The notes under the pieces are model-generated. The model worked only from the letters and a program-made list of their open reading frames with translations. It was not told the DNA's origin and searched no databases. A DNA stretch of 53,191 bases, filler included, from Squatina squatina (lineage: Eukaryota): NCBI GenBank assembly GCA_031763465.1. It is 3 parts of 3 records of this genome, joined end to end, with 100 filler letters (N's around TTAATTAATTAA, not from the genome) between each part and the next. Parts side by side here need not be neighbours in the genome. Positions count along the whole stretch, not along the records: positions 18,751 to 37,009 come from JARFOE010000233.1; positions 37,110 to 53,191 come from JARFOE010000016.1; 1 more part is not named here. One strand, 5' to 3'. The position numbers and the translations under genes were made by a program. Of this stretch, positions 26,010 through 37,147 are shown piece after piece; position 1 is the stretch's first letter, and the number at the start of each line of letters is the position of its first letter.

Positions 26010-26693
26010 ATCAAATCACACCACGTGATATTAAGAAATAGCTCAGCGCATTGGATGCAGCAAAGGCTGTGGGCCCCAACAACATCCCAGCAGCAGTGTT
26101 GAAGACCTGTGCTCCAGACCTAGCAGAGTCTTCAGCCACTGGCATCTACTCAACAAAGAGGAAAGTTGCCAGGTATATCCTGTCCACAAAAAGCAGGACA
26201 AATCCAATCTGGCCAATTACTGCCCCATCAGCCTACTCTTAGCAAAGTGGCACTTGCTTACCAATAACCTGCTCACCGATGCTCAGTTGAGAATTCTTTC
26301 AGGACCACTCGGCACCAGTCCTCATTTCAGCCTTGGTCCAAACATGGACAAAAGAGCTGAATTCCAGAGGTGCCCTTGACATCAAGGCAGCATTCGACCG
26401 AATGTCACACCAAATGAGCCCTAGTAAAGCATAAACCAATGGGGATCAGGGCAAAAGCTCTCCAGATGCTGGAGTCATACCTAGCACAAAGGAAGATGGT
26501 TGTGGTTGTTGGAGGCCAATCATCTCAGCTCCAGAAGTTGCTCAGGGTGGTTTCCTAGGCCCAACCATATTCAGCTGCTCCATCAATGATCTTCCCTCCA
26601 TCATAAGGTTAGAAGTGGGGATGTTTGCTGATGATTACACAACATTCAGTTCCATTCGCAATTCCTCAGATTAGGAAGCAGTCCATGCATGCA
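26010..26693 (+). mobile_element. Degenerate CR1-like LINE reverse transcriptase
   Basis: KAVGPNNIPAAVLKTCAP, NY.PISLL, ALDIKAAFDR, QG..LGPTIFS..INDLPS and MFADD motifs, with stops and deletions. Confidence 0.85.
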
Positions 26694-28084
26694 NNNNNNN
26701 NNNNNNNNNNNNNNNNNNNNNNNNNNNNNNNNNNNNNNNNNNNNNNNNNNNNNNNNNNNNNNNNNNNNNNNNNNNNNNNNNNNNNNNNNNNNNAGGTTAA
26801 TATTTTGGATAGCCATCTTTCAGTCTATTCTGATGAAGGTTCTCTACGCAGAATGTTAGCCCGTTTTTAAATTTCAGATGCTACTGGTTCTGCTGTGTAT
26901 TTGCAACATTTTCTGTTTTGAAGTGAACCTGTCAGTTTCTCCTCAGCCCTGGGATGGTTCCCTCGACTAACAAGAAGCAACCAATTCTGGCTTGCAAAAT
27001 CTTGATCAAAGTTAAATTTAAATGTTAGCCAATGATGAAATTTGAACTCAGATCCTCTGTTAAAAGTACAGCACATTTTTTTAAAGTAACTTAAAATAAA
27101 AATTAAAAATAAATAAATATCCCGAGATCAATTAGCAGAAAATACTGGTAACTTTAAAAGATGACAGAAAAGGCAGCAAATCTGTATCAGATACTAAAGA
27201 TCTAACAGTTCCCTGGATATTTCAGGCATGTGTTCTCCCTGTTAAATCCAGTCCCTTAATGACATTAACCTATTCCCAATGCTTCCTAGTTCTGCTTCCT
27301 CTCCCTTTCGTCTGCTCTTTTCCTGCGTCTATCAAAACCTTCAAATGTCACCAGAGGGAGAAAATTCNNNNNNNNNNACTGACAACATTATCTTCACATC
27401 ATCTCCTTCTTACTTGCCAGGTTCATACGCCCTTGTCAGCTGCTCACATCTTTAGAGTTTACAGGCAGAAGGTGAGTCAACTTAAGAAAACAAAGCAGCA
27501 AACATGAAAGGATTATCCTTGAATTTGGTCTGCAACACATTGACCTTGAGGCATTAGTCCCATTTAATTTCAGTTGGCATTATTTCAATGCCAGTTAAAA
27601 GAGTATACTGTAGAGACTACTTTACACACAAGTTAAGTGCAAGTTCTACTTAAGAGGATATTTTTCCCAAGCACAAGATTTTCTTCATTCCATTTATATT
27701 ACATTAAATTTTGATCAGGTACAATCTGGTTTTCCAATGAACAAGTTATTTATTTCCACTCCAGCGACTTGATATGAATTTCCAACCTATGGCTCTACTG
27801 TACCTTTTCCATTAACTACGAATCAATGACTCATGGTCACATGAAAAAATCTCATACGGGCCAAAAATACATTCATTTCAACAGCATTGCCTTCCAGGAA
27901 AAAAAACGAGAGTCCGCAATCCCCGCATCTGTGCCAGGATGTGCTTGCTGTGTACCTCCACCGCTGATCCTGCCAGACTTCCTANNNNNNNNNNNNNNNN
28001 NNNNNNNNNNNNNNNNNNNNNNNNNNNNNNNNNNNNNNNNNNNNNNNNNNNNNNNNNNNNNNNNNNNNNNNNNNNNNNNNNNNN

Positions 28085-28253
28085 CAGGGAGTGAAATGCC
28101 GTTTAAGTGAAGCGGCGCAACTCAGACAGCAACTTTTGGGTATTTGAGTTTAACTGCGCATATGCCCCTTGCCTGAAGGCGTTGTACCATTTGTGCATAA
28201 ATAACGGAGAGCACCATGAGCCTCACCGTTATTTTGGCAGGAAAATCTGGGCC
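28085..28253. mobile_element. MITE-like element right end
   Basis: CpG-containing block ending in GGAAAATCTGGGCC, similar to the other TIR-like ends in the window. Confidence 0.4.
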
Positions 28254-28879
28254 ATTATGTCTAACATTTAATTGCCAAACATGCAGTTCTTTCTTTTACA
28301 GCTAGAGTTTTAAAAATTCTCCTACGGTAAAAAGCAAGAATAGTGTCTGTTTGTTTATTGGAAATTTAGTCACACTGACTTGTTTTACTACTTTTTTTTC
28401 TAATTAAAAGTATTAGAGATTTTCTTTGTTGTTGCTGATCTTATCTGATATTTCAGCAGCAGCGTCTGTGCCGGGCTGTGAAAGGTTCCATGACTGAGCT
28501 GAATGAGGCATCCAATGTGAGTTTTACAATGGCTCTTAGCCAATTGGAACCCTCTGTAAGGCCTGGCCATAATCTAATAAAAATATTATTTGATTTTCTG
28601 TATATGCAATTTAAAAGCTAATCAATCAAGCATTTTTACATTCAGTACATTTCTCACATACAACAAATTCTCCCAGTAACAAAATAGGTACTAAAATGAA
28701 TCAGCATTTGTTTACAGTAAGAGTGATTTGTGTGTAATTGGGACCAGACCTTAAGGGATTAAACAGTAATGGAGATGCAGGGGTGTAATTGAGGAAAGAA
28801 AGCTTGACTGAAGGATGAGACTGCCGGTTGAATCCTTCAATGGAACTGTTACCCTTACTTAGAATTTTCTGTAATGACA

Positions 28880-29316
28880 GGACCAATTTTCATCCTGTCT
28901 GGTTGGCGGAAACCGAATGTGGGCAGTTAAAATGGCTGCAGTGACGTATGCGCACCAATCCCATGCCTTCCCGCATGTTGAAATCTTAACTTGATCTTTT
29001 GAGCAGTAGAAAGGGACATTCTTCGGAAAGCAGCGGAGTCTTTCTTTACATTTTCAGATCGGGATCCGACGATGTCATTGGGTAAGGCAAATTTTAAACC
29101 GAGGTCTATGCAGAGTGCTCCTCCAGGCCCCACCAAGAAACCTTGAGCATCCCTTGCCCTGGGCTACCATTTCCCCAACCACGCTGGCCTCCCAGCCCTC
29201 CTCCCGACCACTTACTTAAGTGTTGGGGACCATTCCTACGGCTACCTGCCGCCCAAAATCCTGCTCCCACCTGCCCGCCAATGAACTCGTGCTTACCAGA
29301 ATTGGGAAGGAGATTG
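28880..29316. mobile_element. MITE-like element left part
   Basis: Begins GGACCAATTTTC and is CpG/GC-rich relative to its flanks. Runs into a gap. Confidence 0.4.
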
Positions 29317-29809
29317 NNNNNNNNNNNNNNNNNNNNNNNNNNNNNNNNNNNNNNNNNNNNNNNNNNNNNNNNNNNNNNNNNNNNNNNNNNNNNNNNNNNN
29401 NNNNNNNNNNNNNNNNNNNNNNNNNNNNNNNNNNNNNNNNNNNNNNNNNNNNNNNNNNNNNNNNNNNNNNNNNNNNNNNNNNNNNNNNNNNNNNNNNNNN
29501 NNNNNNNNNNNNNNNNNNNNNNNNNNNNNNNNNNNNNNNNNNNNNNNNNNNNNNNNNNNNNNNNNNNNNNNNNNNNNNNNNNNNNNNNNNNNNNNNNNNN
29601 NNNNNNNNNNNNNNNNNNNNNNNNNNNNNNNNNNNNNNNNNNNNNNNNNNNNNNNNNNNNNNNNNNNNNNNNNNNNNNNNNNNNNNNNNNNNNNNNNNNN
29701 NNNNNNNNNNNNNNNNNNNNNNNNNNNNNNNNNNNNNNNNNNNNNNNNNNNNNNNNNNNNNNNNTTGGTGGGTGATGCTAATGCAGTTGTAAAATGTTTT
29801 GTCCTCCAG

Positions 29810-29967
29810 GATCTTAACAGAAAACCCATTCCTGTGCTCTTGTGGCATTGCGTGGATCCAGTTATGGCAAGAAAACAACCTAGCCACCCTGGAGGTTCAG
29901 AACCTGACATGCCGAGGGGAGAATGACTGGAGGATAATGCTGTCATACATGAGGATTCCAGACTGTG
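29810..29967 (+). CDS. Trk neurotrophin receptor exon (LRR C-terminal cysteine cluster); NTRK2 by position, paralog identity uncertain
   Basis: 158 nt, bounded by ttttgtcctccag and gtactg, phase 2 to 1. Translates ILTENPFLCSCGIAWIQLWQENNLATLEVQNLTCRGENDWRIMLSYMRIPDC(G), with the NPFxCSC..W....Q...Q.L.C...IP.CG pattern of the Trk LRR-CT. Downstream of RMI1 on the same strand, as human NTRK2 is. Confidence 0.8.
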
Positions 29968-30414
29968 GTACTGTTGTTTTTCCCATTGATCTACAATACA
30001 TTGCGTATGAATTTTTTCCCCTTAGGTGCCATTTAAATGGTCTGATAACTAGAGAAAGAGAACGGAAGAGAGGGAGAGGAAGCAGAGCTAGGAAGGAACA
30101 GGAATAACTTAAGAACTGTGAAAGGTTTAACAGGCAAAACATGTGCCTGAAATATCTAGGGCTATCTTAGATTTTTAGTATTTCATGCAGATTCGCTGCC
30201 TTATCTGTCAATTGTGAATGCCACATTGATTGTCGAATATTTAATAATTTTATGTTACAACTGCCATTTATTTTAGTGACATATGAATGATTTAAATATA
30301 TTTTCAATGTTAGTATTCAAACAAACAGAAGTCAATGAAGAATAAAAGGATAATTAATTCTGATCAGGTTTTAAAATATAACTATGGATCACTATGAGGA
30401 ATCACTAAGGCCAT

Positions 30415-31007
30415 TGCTATTGGGTAGAGAGCACAATGTTTTAGGGTGGAGAGCCCTATATTATAGGGTGCAGGGCCCAATGTTGCTGGGTGTACAGCAC
30501 TGTTATTGGGTACAGAGCCCTATGTTGGTGACAGAGCCCTATATTATTGGGTGTAGGTCCCTATGCTATTGGGTACAGAGCCCTATGTCATTGGGTGTAG
30601 GTCCCTATGTCATTGGGTGTCAAGCTCTATGGTGTTGAGTACAGAGCCCTTTGTTATTGGGTGTAGAGCCCTTTGTTATTGGGTGTAGAGCCCTATGTTA
30701 TTTTGAGTTGAGACCTATGATATTGGGTACAGAACCAGTTGTTTTAGGGTACAGAGCTGATGTTATTGGGCCTAAGAGCCCAATGTTATTGAATGTAGAG
30801 CCTTGTGTTATTGGGTATAGAGCTGCATGTTATTGTGTACAGAGCCCATGTTATTGTGTACATAGCCCTATGTTATTGAGTCCACAGCCCTATGTTATCG
30901 AGTACAGAGCCCAATTTGATTCAGTGTAGAGCCTATGTTGTTTGGTGTAGAACCATATGTTATTGGGAAAAGATTCCTATGTTATTGGGGACAGAGCCCA
31001 ATGTTAT
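30415..31007. repeat. 22-bp minisatellite, consensus AGAGCCCTATGTTATTGGGT(G/A)(T/C), about 27 degenerate copies
   Basis: Adjacent units at 30643-30664 and 30665-30686 are identical (agagccctttgttattgggtgt). The array runs into a gap. Confidence 0.92.
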
Positions 31008-31276
31008 NNNNNNNNNNNNNNNNNNNNNNNNNNNNNNNNNNNNNNNNNNNNNNNNNNNNNNNNNNNNNNNNNNNNNNNNNNNNNNNNNNNNNNNNNNNNN
31101 NNNNNNNGAGGTCATCAATTAAACTTTGGCACTAAGAGAGGTTAGACAGAGACCTGATTAGGAAAACGTTCCCTTAATTTCGTATGGATTAAATTTCTAA
31201 AATTTGTTAAATGAAGTAACCAAAATCGGCGTCTCTGGAATATATGTACCTGATTATGCATGTTTTTTAAATTTAG

Positions 31277-31309
31277 GCAATGAACCGATCACAGATCCTG
31301 GATTTTATG
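31277..31309 (+). CDS. NTRK2: Probable NTRK2 extracellular juxtamembrane micro-exon
   Basis: 33 nt, bounded by tttttaaatttag and gtaagt, phase 1-1. Translates (G)NEPITDPGFY(D/E). Size, phase and position fit the short exon after Ig2 of TrkB (GANPNYPDVIYE), but sequence similarity is weak. Confidence 0.55.
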
Positions 31310-31869
31310 GTAAGTGGTGCAACAAGAGTTGTCTTGCTATTTATTGTAAGATATAAACTGGAGAAGAACATCTGTGTACTCATTCTACTTGACAAACCTT
31401 TGGGAAGTCTCAATGGGTTTGGACACACAGCACAAAACTACCTCTAAGTTGACACTATTAGGGACATCAATCAGTAATTTGACTTAAAGTGGCCACAGGA
31501 CGACTGATGTAGGAAATGGCATTTTTCTGCTCTTCTGAGGTTGGAGCAGAATAGTCTTATTCTATATCTAACCATGCTACACCTGACCTGTGAGTGCTTG
31601 ATGCTGATGGTGAGTTCCTGTTCCTCAGCATTAACAAACCTTCTTTTGATGAGCACAGAAAATTGATAAACTAACAGAACATCTGATTGCAGCTGGAAAT
31701 GAGTTTCATTATTTTCTAAGGTGTTCTGTTGTAAGAACATAAGAACTTAAGAAATAGGAGCAGGAGTCANNNNNNNNNNNNNNNNNNNNNNNNNNNNNNN
31801 NNNNNNNNNNNNNNNNNNNNNNNNNNNNNNNNNNNNNNNNNNNNNNNNNNNNNNNNNNNNNNNNNNNNN

Positions 31870-32075
31870 ATAGCTTTATGCAGAGGGTTGTCAGTATGTG
31901 CAATGCCCAACTAGAAATAGTAGTGGAAGCAGAATCCTTATGAACTTTTAAATGGAAAATGGATAAACACGTGAATTCTTTTTCAAAGGGCAGAGGAATG
32001 AGACTAAGTGGAAAGGTCTTTCAGAGCCAGCATAGACTCGTGGGATGAATGATCTATTATGCTGTCAAATTCTAT
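31870..32075 (+). mobile_element. Old CR1 3'-end fragment
   Basis: cagagggttgtcagtatgtgcaatg...gtggaagcagaatcc...agagccagcatagactcgtgggatgaatg follows the CR1 3' layout. Confidence 0.55.
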
Positions 32076-33884
32076 AAGTCAATTAATAAAAGACACTTGA
32101 GAGAGGCCGAGTGTGATTCTCCATCCAGTTTTCCCTCCTCTCCATGAGGGAAGCATCTGGCTGCCACTCAGTGCCTCTCCTCTGCTATTTGCCCATGATC
32201 AATAACTCAGCTTTGTGAGAGATTCTATCGGCTGCTCGACACACTCCTCACATGGCTTCTACTGAGGATCTGTTTATTTGTACAGCTGATTACTGATGAT
32301 ATATCACAATAAAAGATTAAAGATTTGGACAGCATCACAAATTTATTGAGTGATGATCTAAGATCGATAGCTTTGCCAACACTGTTGATTTCATTGCTAA
32401 TTTATTGACTTTTCACTATTGTTTGAATGAGCACAATTCACCAGGATAGACAGGAGACAATTTTTCTCTTTCTCTTCCTTCTATTCTTGTGAATCATTAA
32501 AACAATCACGTAAAATCAATGAATTGTGAACAATGTAATGTTAATATTGAGTTAATTAGTGAGAAATAAAATTAGTAGTAAAGTACTAAGAAATAGCTAC
32601 ACTAGCAATACTGCTGCCTAATCAACAGACTCCAACAGTGGTAATGTAACAATCTGAGGACCATAAGTCATATGTTATTAAAATTAAAAGGCTCCACAAT
32701 TTACTTGTGAGCAAGACCTTGATTCTCCATGAACAGTGAAGGCTTCTTTGTTTCATTCTCCATCAGTCTGTACCCTTTATGTGTAATGAGATCACTTGCA
32801 TCTTTTAAAAACCACTTGAGAGCAGTCTGTGCAAGAAATACTTTAGGTTAGGCTATGTTACTACCATAAAAAGTAAGATCTATAAACATTCATTTGATCT
32901 AGTAGGAGACTGCATGGCACTGGAAGTCAAGGATGGCAAACGCAGATAATCTGTACTTTCTTCAGACCAACCATTGCAGTGTCTTTTTTTCCATTGCTGG
33001 ACGTCAGCAGTGCTAAATATAGGCCTGTAAAATGAGATTACTATGGTGCACGGAACTCTATTTTTAAATGTGTGCCCAGACATAGCAATTGCTTCAGAAG
33101 TAAACCACAATTTTATTAGGCTGAAGTTTTCTTTTCCATTGTGGCTATGTAAAGAAGTCTCTGTATTGATTTCAACAGAGCTCATGATGCATTCACCTTG
33201 AATGTACAGATGAACTCTTAATGATTTGAATAATAAGAGCAACAGGATATAGCTTATTGTGTTGTTTGGACTGGGTCTAAGTAAACAATTCATCAAATAA
33301 TATCTACTTATCCTCTCTTGGAAAACACATGTTCTCAATTCATTGTTTTGGGTGAATAGCAAATATTCCGAGCATGTGATGGCAATAGGACTACGCCTAA
33401 TTCTTATGCTCTTATGTTCTGAACCTTCACCGTGATCAGTGCATGTTGGGAAGTCAGAGGTTCACTGCCTGCAATTTGCTGATGTATGATGATGACTAGT
33501 GAGGTTCCCTCCATCATAGAATCATAGAGTGATACAGCACAGAAAGAGACCATTTGGCCCATCATAGCTGTGCCAGTGTTTACTAGGAAGGTTACCCCCA
33601 AAGTGCAGACATATAAATCCCAGGTCCAAGGACATTTACTTAATTATTTATGATTGCTTTCGTGAATATTTCTTATGCTCATCAAAGTGAAGGGGTTTCC
33701 AGCTGGAAAATGAAGCACTTTGCATTTTGTGCAACTAATGTCAACATCAAGTATTCGGGCATAACTTAGTTAGATTCAGAGTAGAGCTTTGCATTGTTTC
33801 TTATCTCTTCTAATAAAATAGTCAAATAGTGAATGTATACTTACAACTACAATCTCCCTTGATCACTTACAATGCGACTACAAC

Positions 33885-34270
33885 TCTTCTTCTCTTAGGC
33901 AGTCCCTCGGGGTTGAGGATGACTTGCTTCCACTCAGGAGTTGTGGGTTCTGGGGTGACTAAATAGTCCTATGCTGGATCCGTAAACTCTACCACAGGTT
34001 GGGCAGGTGGTGTTTAATGGGGTAAGTGGGTGGGATGCTCGGATTTTCGCACGCTCCTTCTGCTTGCACTTGGCCTGCACGTGCGCCTGCAGGAGAAGTT
34101 CAAAGTAGTTGGTGCCTTCGCGGATGCTTCTCCTCCAGTTCAAGTGGTCTTGGGCCAGAGATTCCCATGAGTCGGTGGGGCTGTTACATTTTTTCAGGGA
34201 GGCTTTGAGGACATCCTTGAAGTATTTCCGCTGCCCTCCTGGTAATTGCTTGCCATGACAAAGCTTGGAA
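33885..34270 (-). mobile_element. RTE-clade LINE 3' end
   Basis: GKQLPGGQRKYFKDVLKASLKKC...WESLAQD...WRRSIREG...CPTCGR...IGLFSH.RTH* (C-terminal zinc finger), followed by a 3'UTR ending ggactgcctaagagaagaag. Confidence 0.88.
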
Positions 34271-37009
34271 NNNNNNNNNNNNNNNNNNNNNNNNNNNNNN
34301 NNNNNNNNNNNNNNNNNNNNNNNNNNNNNNNNNNNNNNNNNNNNNNNNNNNNNNNNNNNNNNNNNNNNNNTACCGCAATTATTATTCATAAAGTATATTG
34401 CTACACTCCCTGGGTCATTTTACTCTATTTTATGTTATAAATTGTATGCATGCGTACTTGTGTATCATATAATTTTGTGTGCAGAATTAACATGTCAGCC
34501 CACTGAAAACCAAATGTCCTTTACGGATAAAAGCAAATTTATTTAGTTACTTTTTTTTTGGCTTCTGATGAAATCTGAGTTCATAGAGGGATGTACCAAA
34601 AAATATTCTGATGTGCTGTTTCTTGCTGACCTAGAAATAGATCACTATAATGGGGATTTTCATCCTTTAAAGTGCTACATGATGGAGGTGGGGGTGGTGG
34701 GGGAGTGTTGGGTGGTGGGGTGGTTGTTTTTATACCATGGTAAAATGATAGTTGTACATCATATGACAACAACACTTTTAATTAAAAGGAAAGTCTAGAA
34801 ATTCATCATAGCATCCCTGTATTTTAGCAACCGCTCAGCTATGTAGAAGTATTTAAGTATCCTCCTAATGTTACATTCACTTTTCCTTCCATTTGAAAAT
34901 TCAAGGACGAAGCATCTGCCCTACATCTGTGGCTTTACGCGATGGAAAAAAAGAACTNNNNNNNNNNNNNNNNNNNNNNNNNNNNNNNNNNNNNNNNNNN
35001 NNNNNNNNNNNNNNNNNNNNNNNNNNNNNNNNNNNNNNNNNNNNNNNNNNNNNNNNNCACAAGATTAGGAGCCATCTAATTATTCTCTGTTTTAATATGC
35101 CAATACAAGTGAGCTCAGTTTGATAAATTCGCCTGTAAAACATGCTGAGACGGTTGTGTATGGAGTAGTTATTGATGATGAGAAGATGAAAGGAATTTCA
35201 ATAACACTGTGACTGCATTGCAGAAAGGTCCAGCACAACTGCAATATTTTACGCAAAATCAATTAGCTCCATTAGTGCAAAAAAGTCCTTTACTGTTTTT
35301 CAGCAGACTCTATTTTATTACTTTTAATAGGAAGATTTCAACCAAACTTACAATTACAGAAGGTAAATAAATCTTAATAGAAAAATGTCAACTGCAGGGG
35401 AAAGTTTTGGTCAATATCAGCCCAACGNNNNNNNNNNACGTTCTCTAAATCTGCCAGCAACAAATTAAGGGGAAAAACAGACTCAGCTTTTAATTTCCTT
35501 AAAGTACATGATGTATAAATCAAAAAATGCTTGATTAAAAGGGAATGCCTGAAATGTTCTTCCTATCACATGCTGTATTTTATTGGTACAGGCACAGTTC
35601 TATTTTCAATCTGAAAATAATGGGAGAATTACTGACTGCCAGTTCCGTCTCTATTTACTCAGTGGCAGCTATGTGTCTGTCGGTCAATGGTAATTGCCAC
35701 CTCAATGTCTCTTTTATTTTAAGTCTGCTGCTTATAAACAGAAAGAGAATAAATGCAGAATGTAACTGGTAGTAATTTGGTGTACACCCAAATTGTCACC
35801 CCATGATTTTCCATCCATTAAATTGTACNNNNNNNNNNNNNNNNNNNNNNNNNNNNNNNNNNNNNNNNNNNNNNNNNNNNNNNNNNNNNNNNNNNNNNNN
35901 NNNNNNNNNNNNNNNNNNNNNNNNNNNNCTACTGTTTTGGGAATTTCTAAGATTGGATAATGAAAAGTGATATTTGTCATTCAGCTATTGCTCCTGGCAC
36001 CTTCAGCTGCTGATTGCTTTGAATAACGTGACATTAGAAAAATATGAAGCTCGTGTTCCTGATTGTTGTAATTGTGCAGTAAGATCTGAAGTCAATAAAA
36101 TTTCAATTATTAATTTATGGTTTGGTCTGGAGCTTCATGTGATAAATGCTTGTCTATCTTTCAGCCTCAGTTATCTTTTAGGTTGGGCTGTGTAGGACTA
36201 ATGCAATGTCAAAAGAGCACGATACATGATCTCACCCTTGGATTTAAAAGTATGGCCTGGTTTCATATGGCAATGACGGTAGAACAGCGCGGCAAAACTG
36301 TCCATGGAAAATATAGGAATCTGATAACGGAGAGATGCAAGCACAGTCGATTCCACTTAGTTGACTACTTTCTATGTGAATATTTGTCTACTGAGTGGAA
36401 ATGAAAACCAGTCCCGCTTGCTCTCAGTGCATATTGTATGAATTCCTGCTTACTGAATGCATTTTGTTGTACAATCCTGTTAAATTAATAATTTATTGTC
36501 CAGATTACACATTGCACCATGTTTATTGCTCATATCATGGTCACTTTCTCTGTGTATCTAACATGTTTTGCTGTACTGAGCCACTTTTGACTTTACACCA
36601 AAATACTACATCTGATAATATTTCACTTCTGTTTGAACTGCTTTAGCAGCATCTTTTTATAAAACATACTTCCTAATATTTCTGCGCAGTATGTGCTAGA
36701 AATTAAAGACATTTCTGCAGCAAACTAAATTATTGATGTAACAGGAATTGCCTGTAATGTACTGTATGGAAACAATGTGGGCTTTGAGGACTATTGTAGA
36801 ATTGTCAGCATATGAAATGTGTCTTCAGAAATTTTGCAATATGTTATTGTGTAGTACAGAGATAGATAATGCTATTTGGAGCAAAATCTGCTACTTCCAG
36901 TTATTCTGTTTAACAGCAGTTGAGAGTAAAGAGATTTTTAGCTATGTGAAACCAACTGCAGGTTCTGGCACATTAATTTCACAGTGTAATACCTTCTGAC
37001 AGTTGTTGA

Positions 37010-37109
37010 NNNNNNNNNNNNNNNNNNNNNNNNNNNNNNNNNNNNNNNNNNNNTTAATTAATTAANNNNNNNNNNNNNNNNNNNNNNNNNNNNNNNNNNN
37101 NNNNNNNNN
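37010..37109. other. Artificial scaffold-concatenation spacer (N44-TTAATTAATTAA-N44)
   Basis: Identical 100-bp construct to 18651-18750. Confidence 0.97.

Positions 37110-37147
<38 letters not shown>
37110..37147. repeat. (TA)n(CA)n compound microsatellite
   Basis: Directly visible at the scaffold start. Confidence 0.9.

Noticed and set aside
21579-29764. Absence of SLC28A3 between RMI1 and the Trk exon
   Set aside because: No SLC28A3 exon was recognised, but the region is mostly gaps and short contigs, so gene loss cannot be inferred.
30415-31007. CRISPR-like array or repetitive protein
   Set aside because: The units are contiguous with no unique spacers, there are no cas genes and the context is eukaryotic. 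The ORFs are by-products of the 22-bp period.
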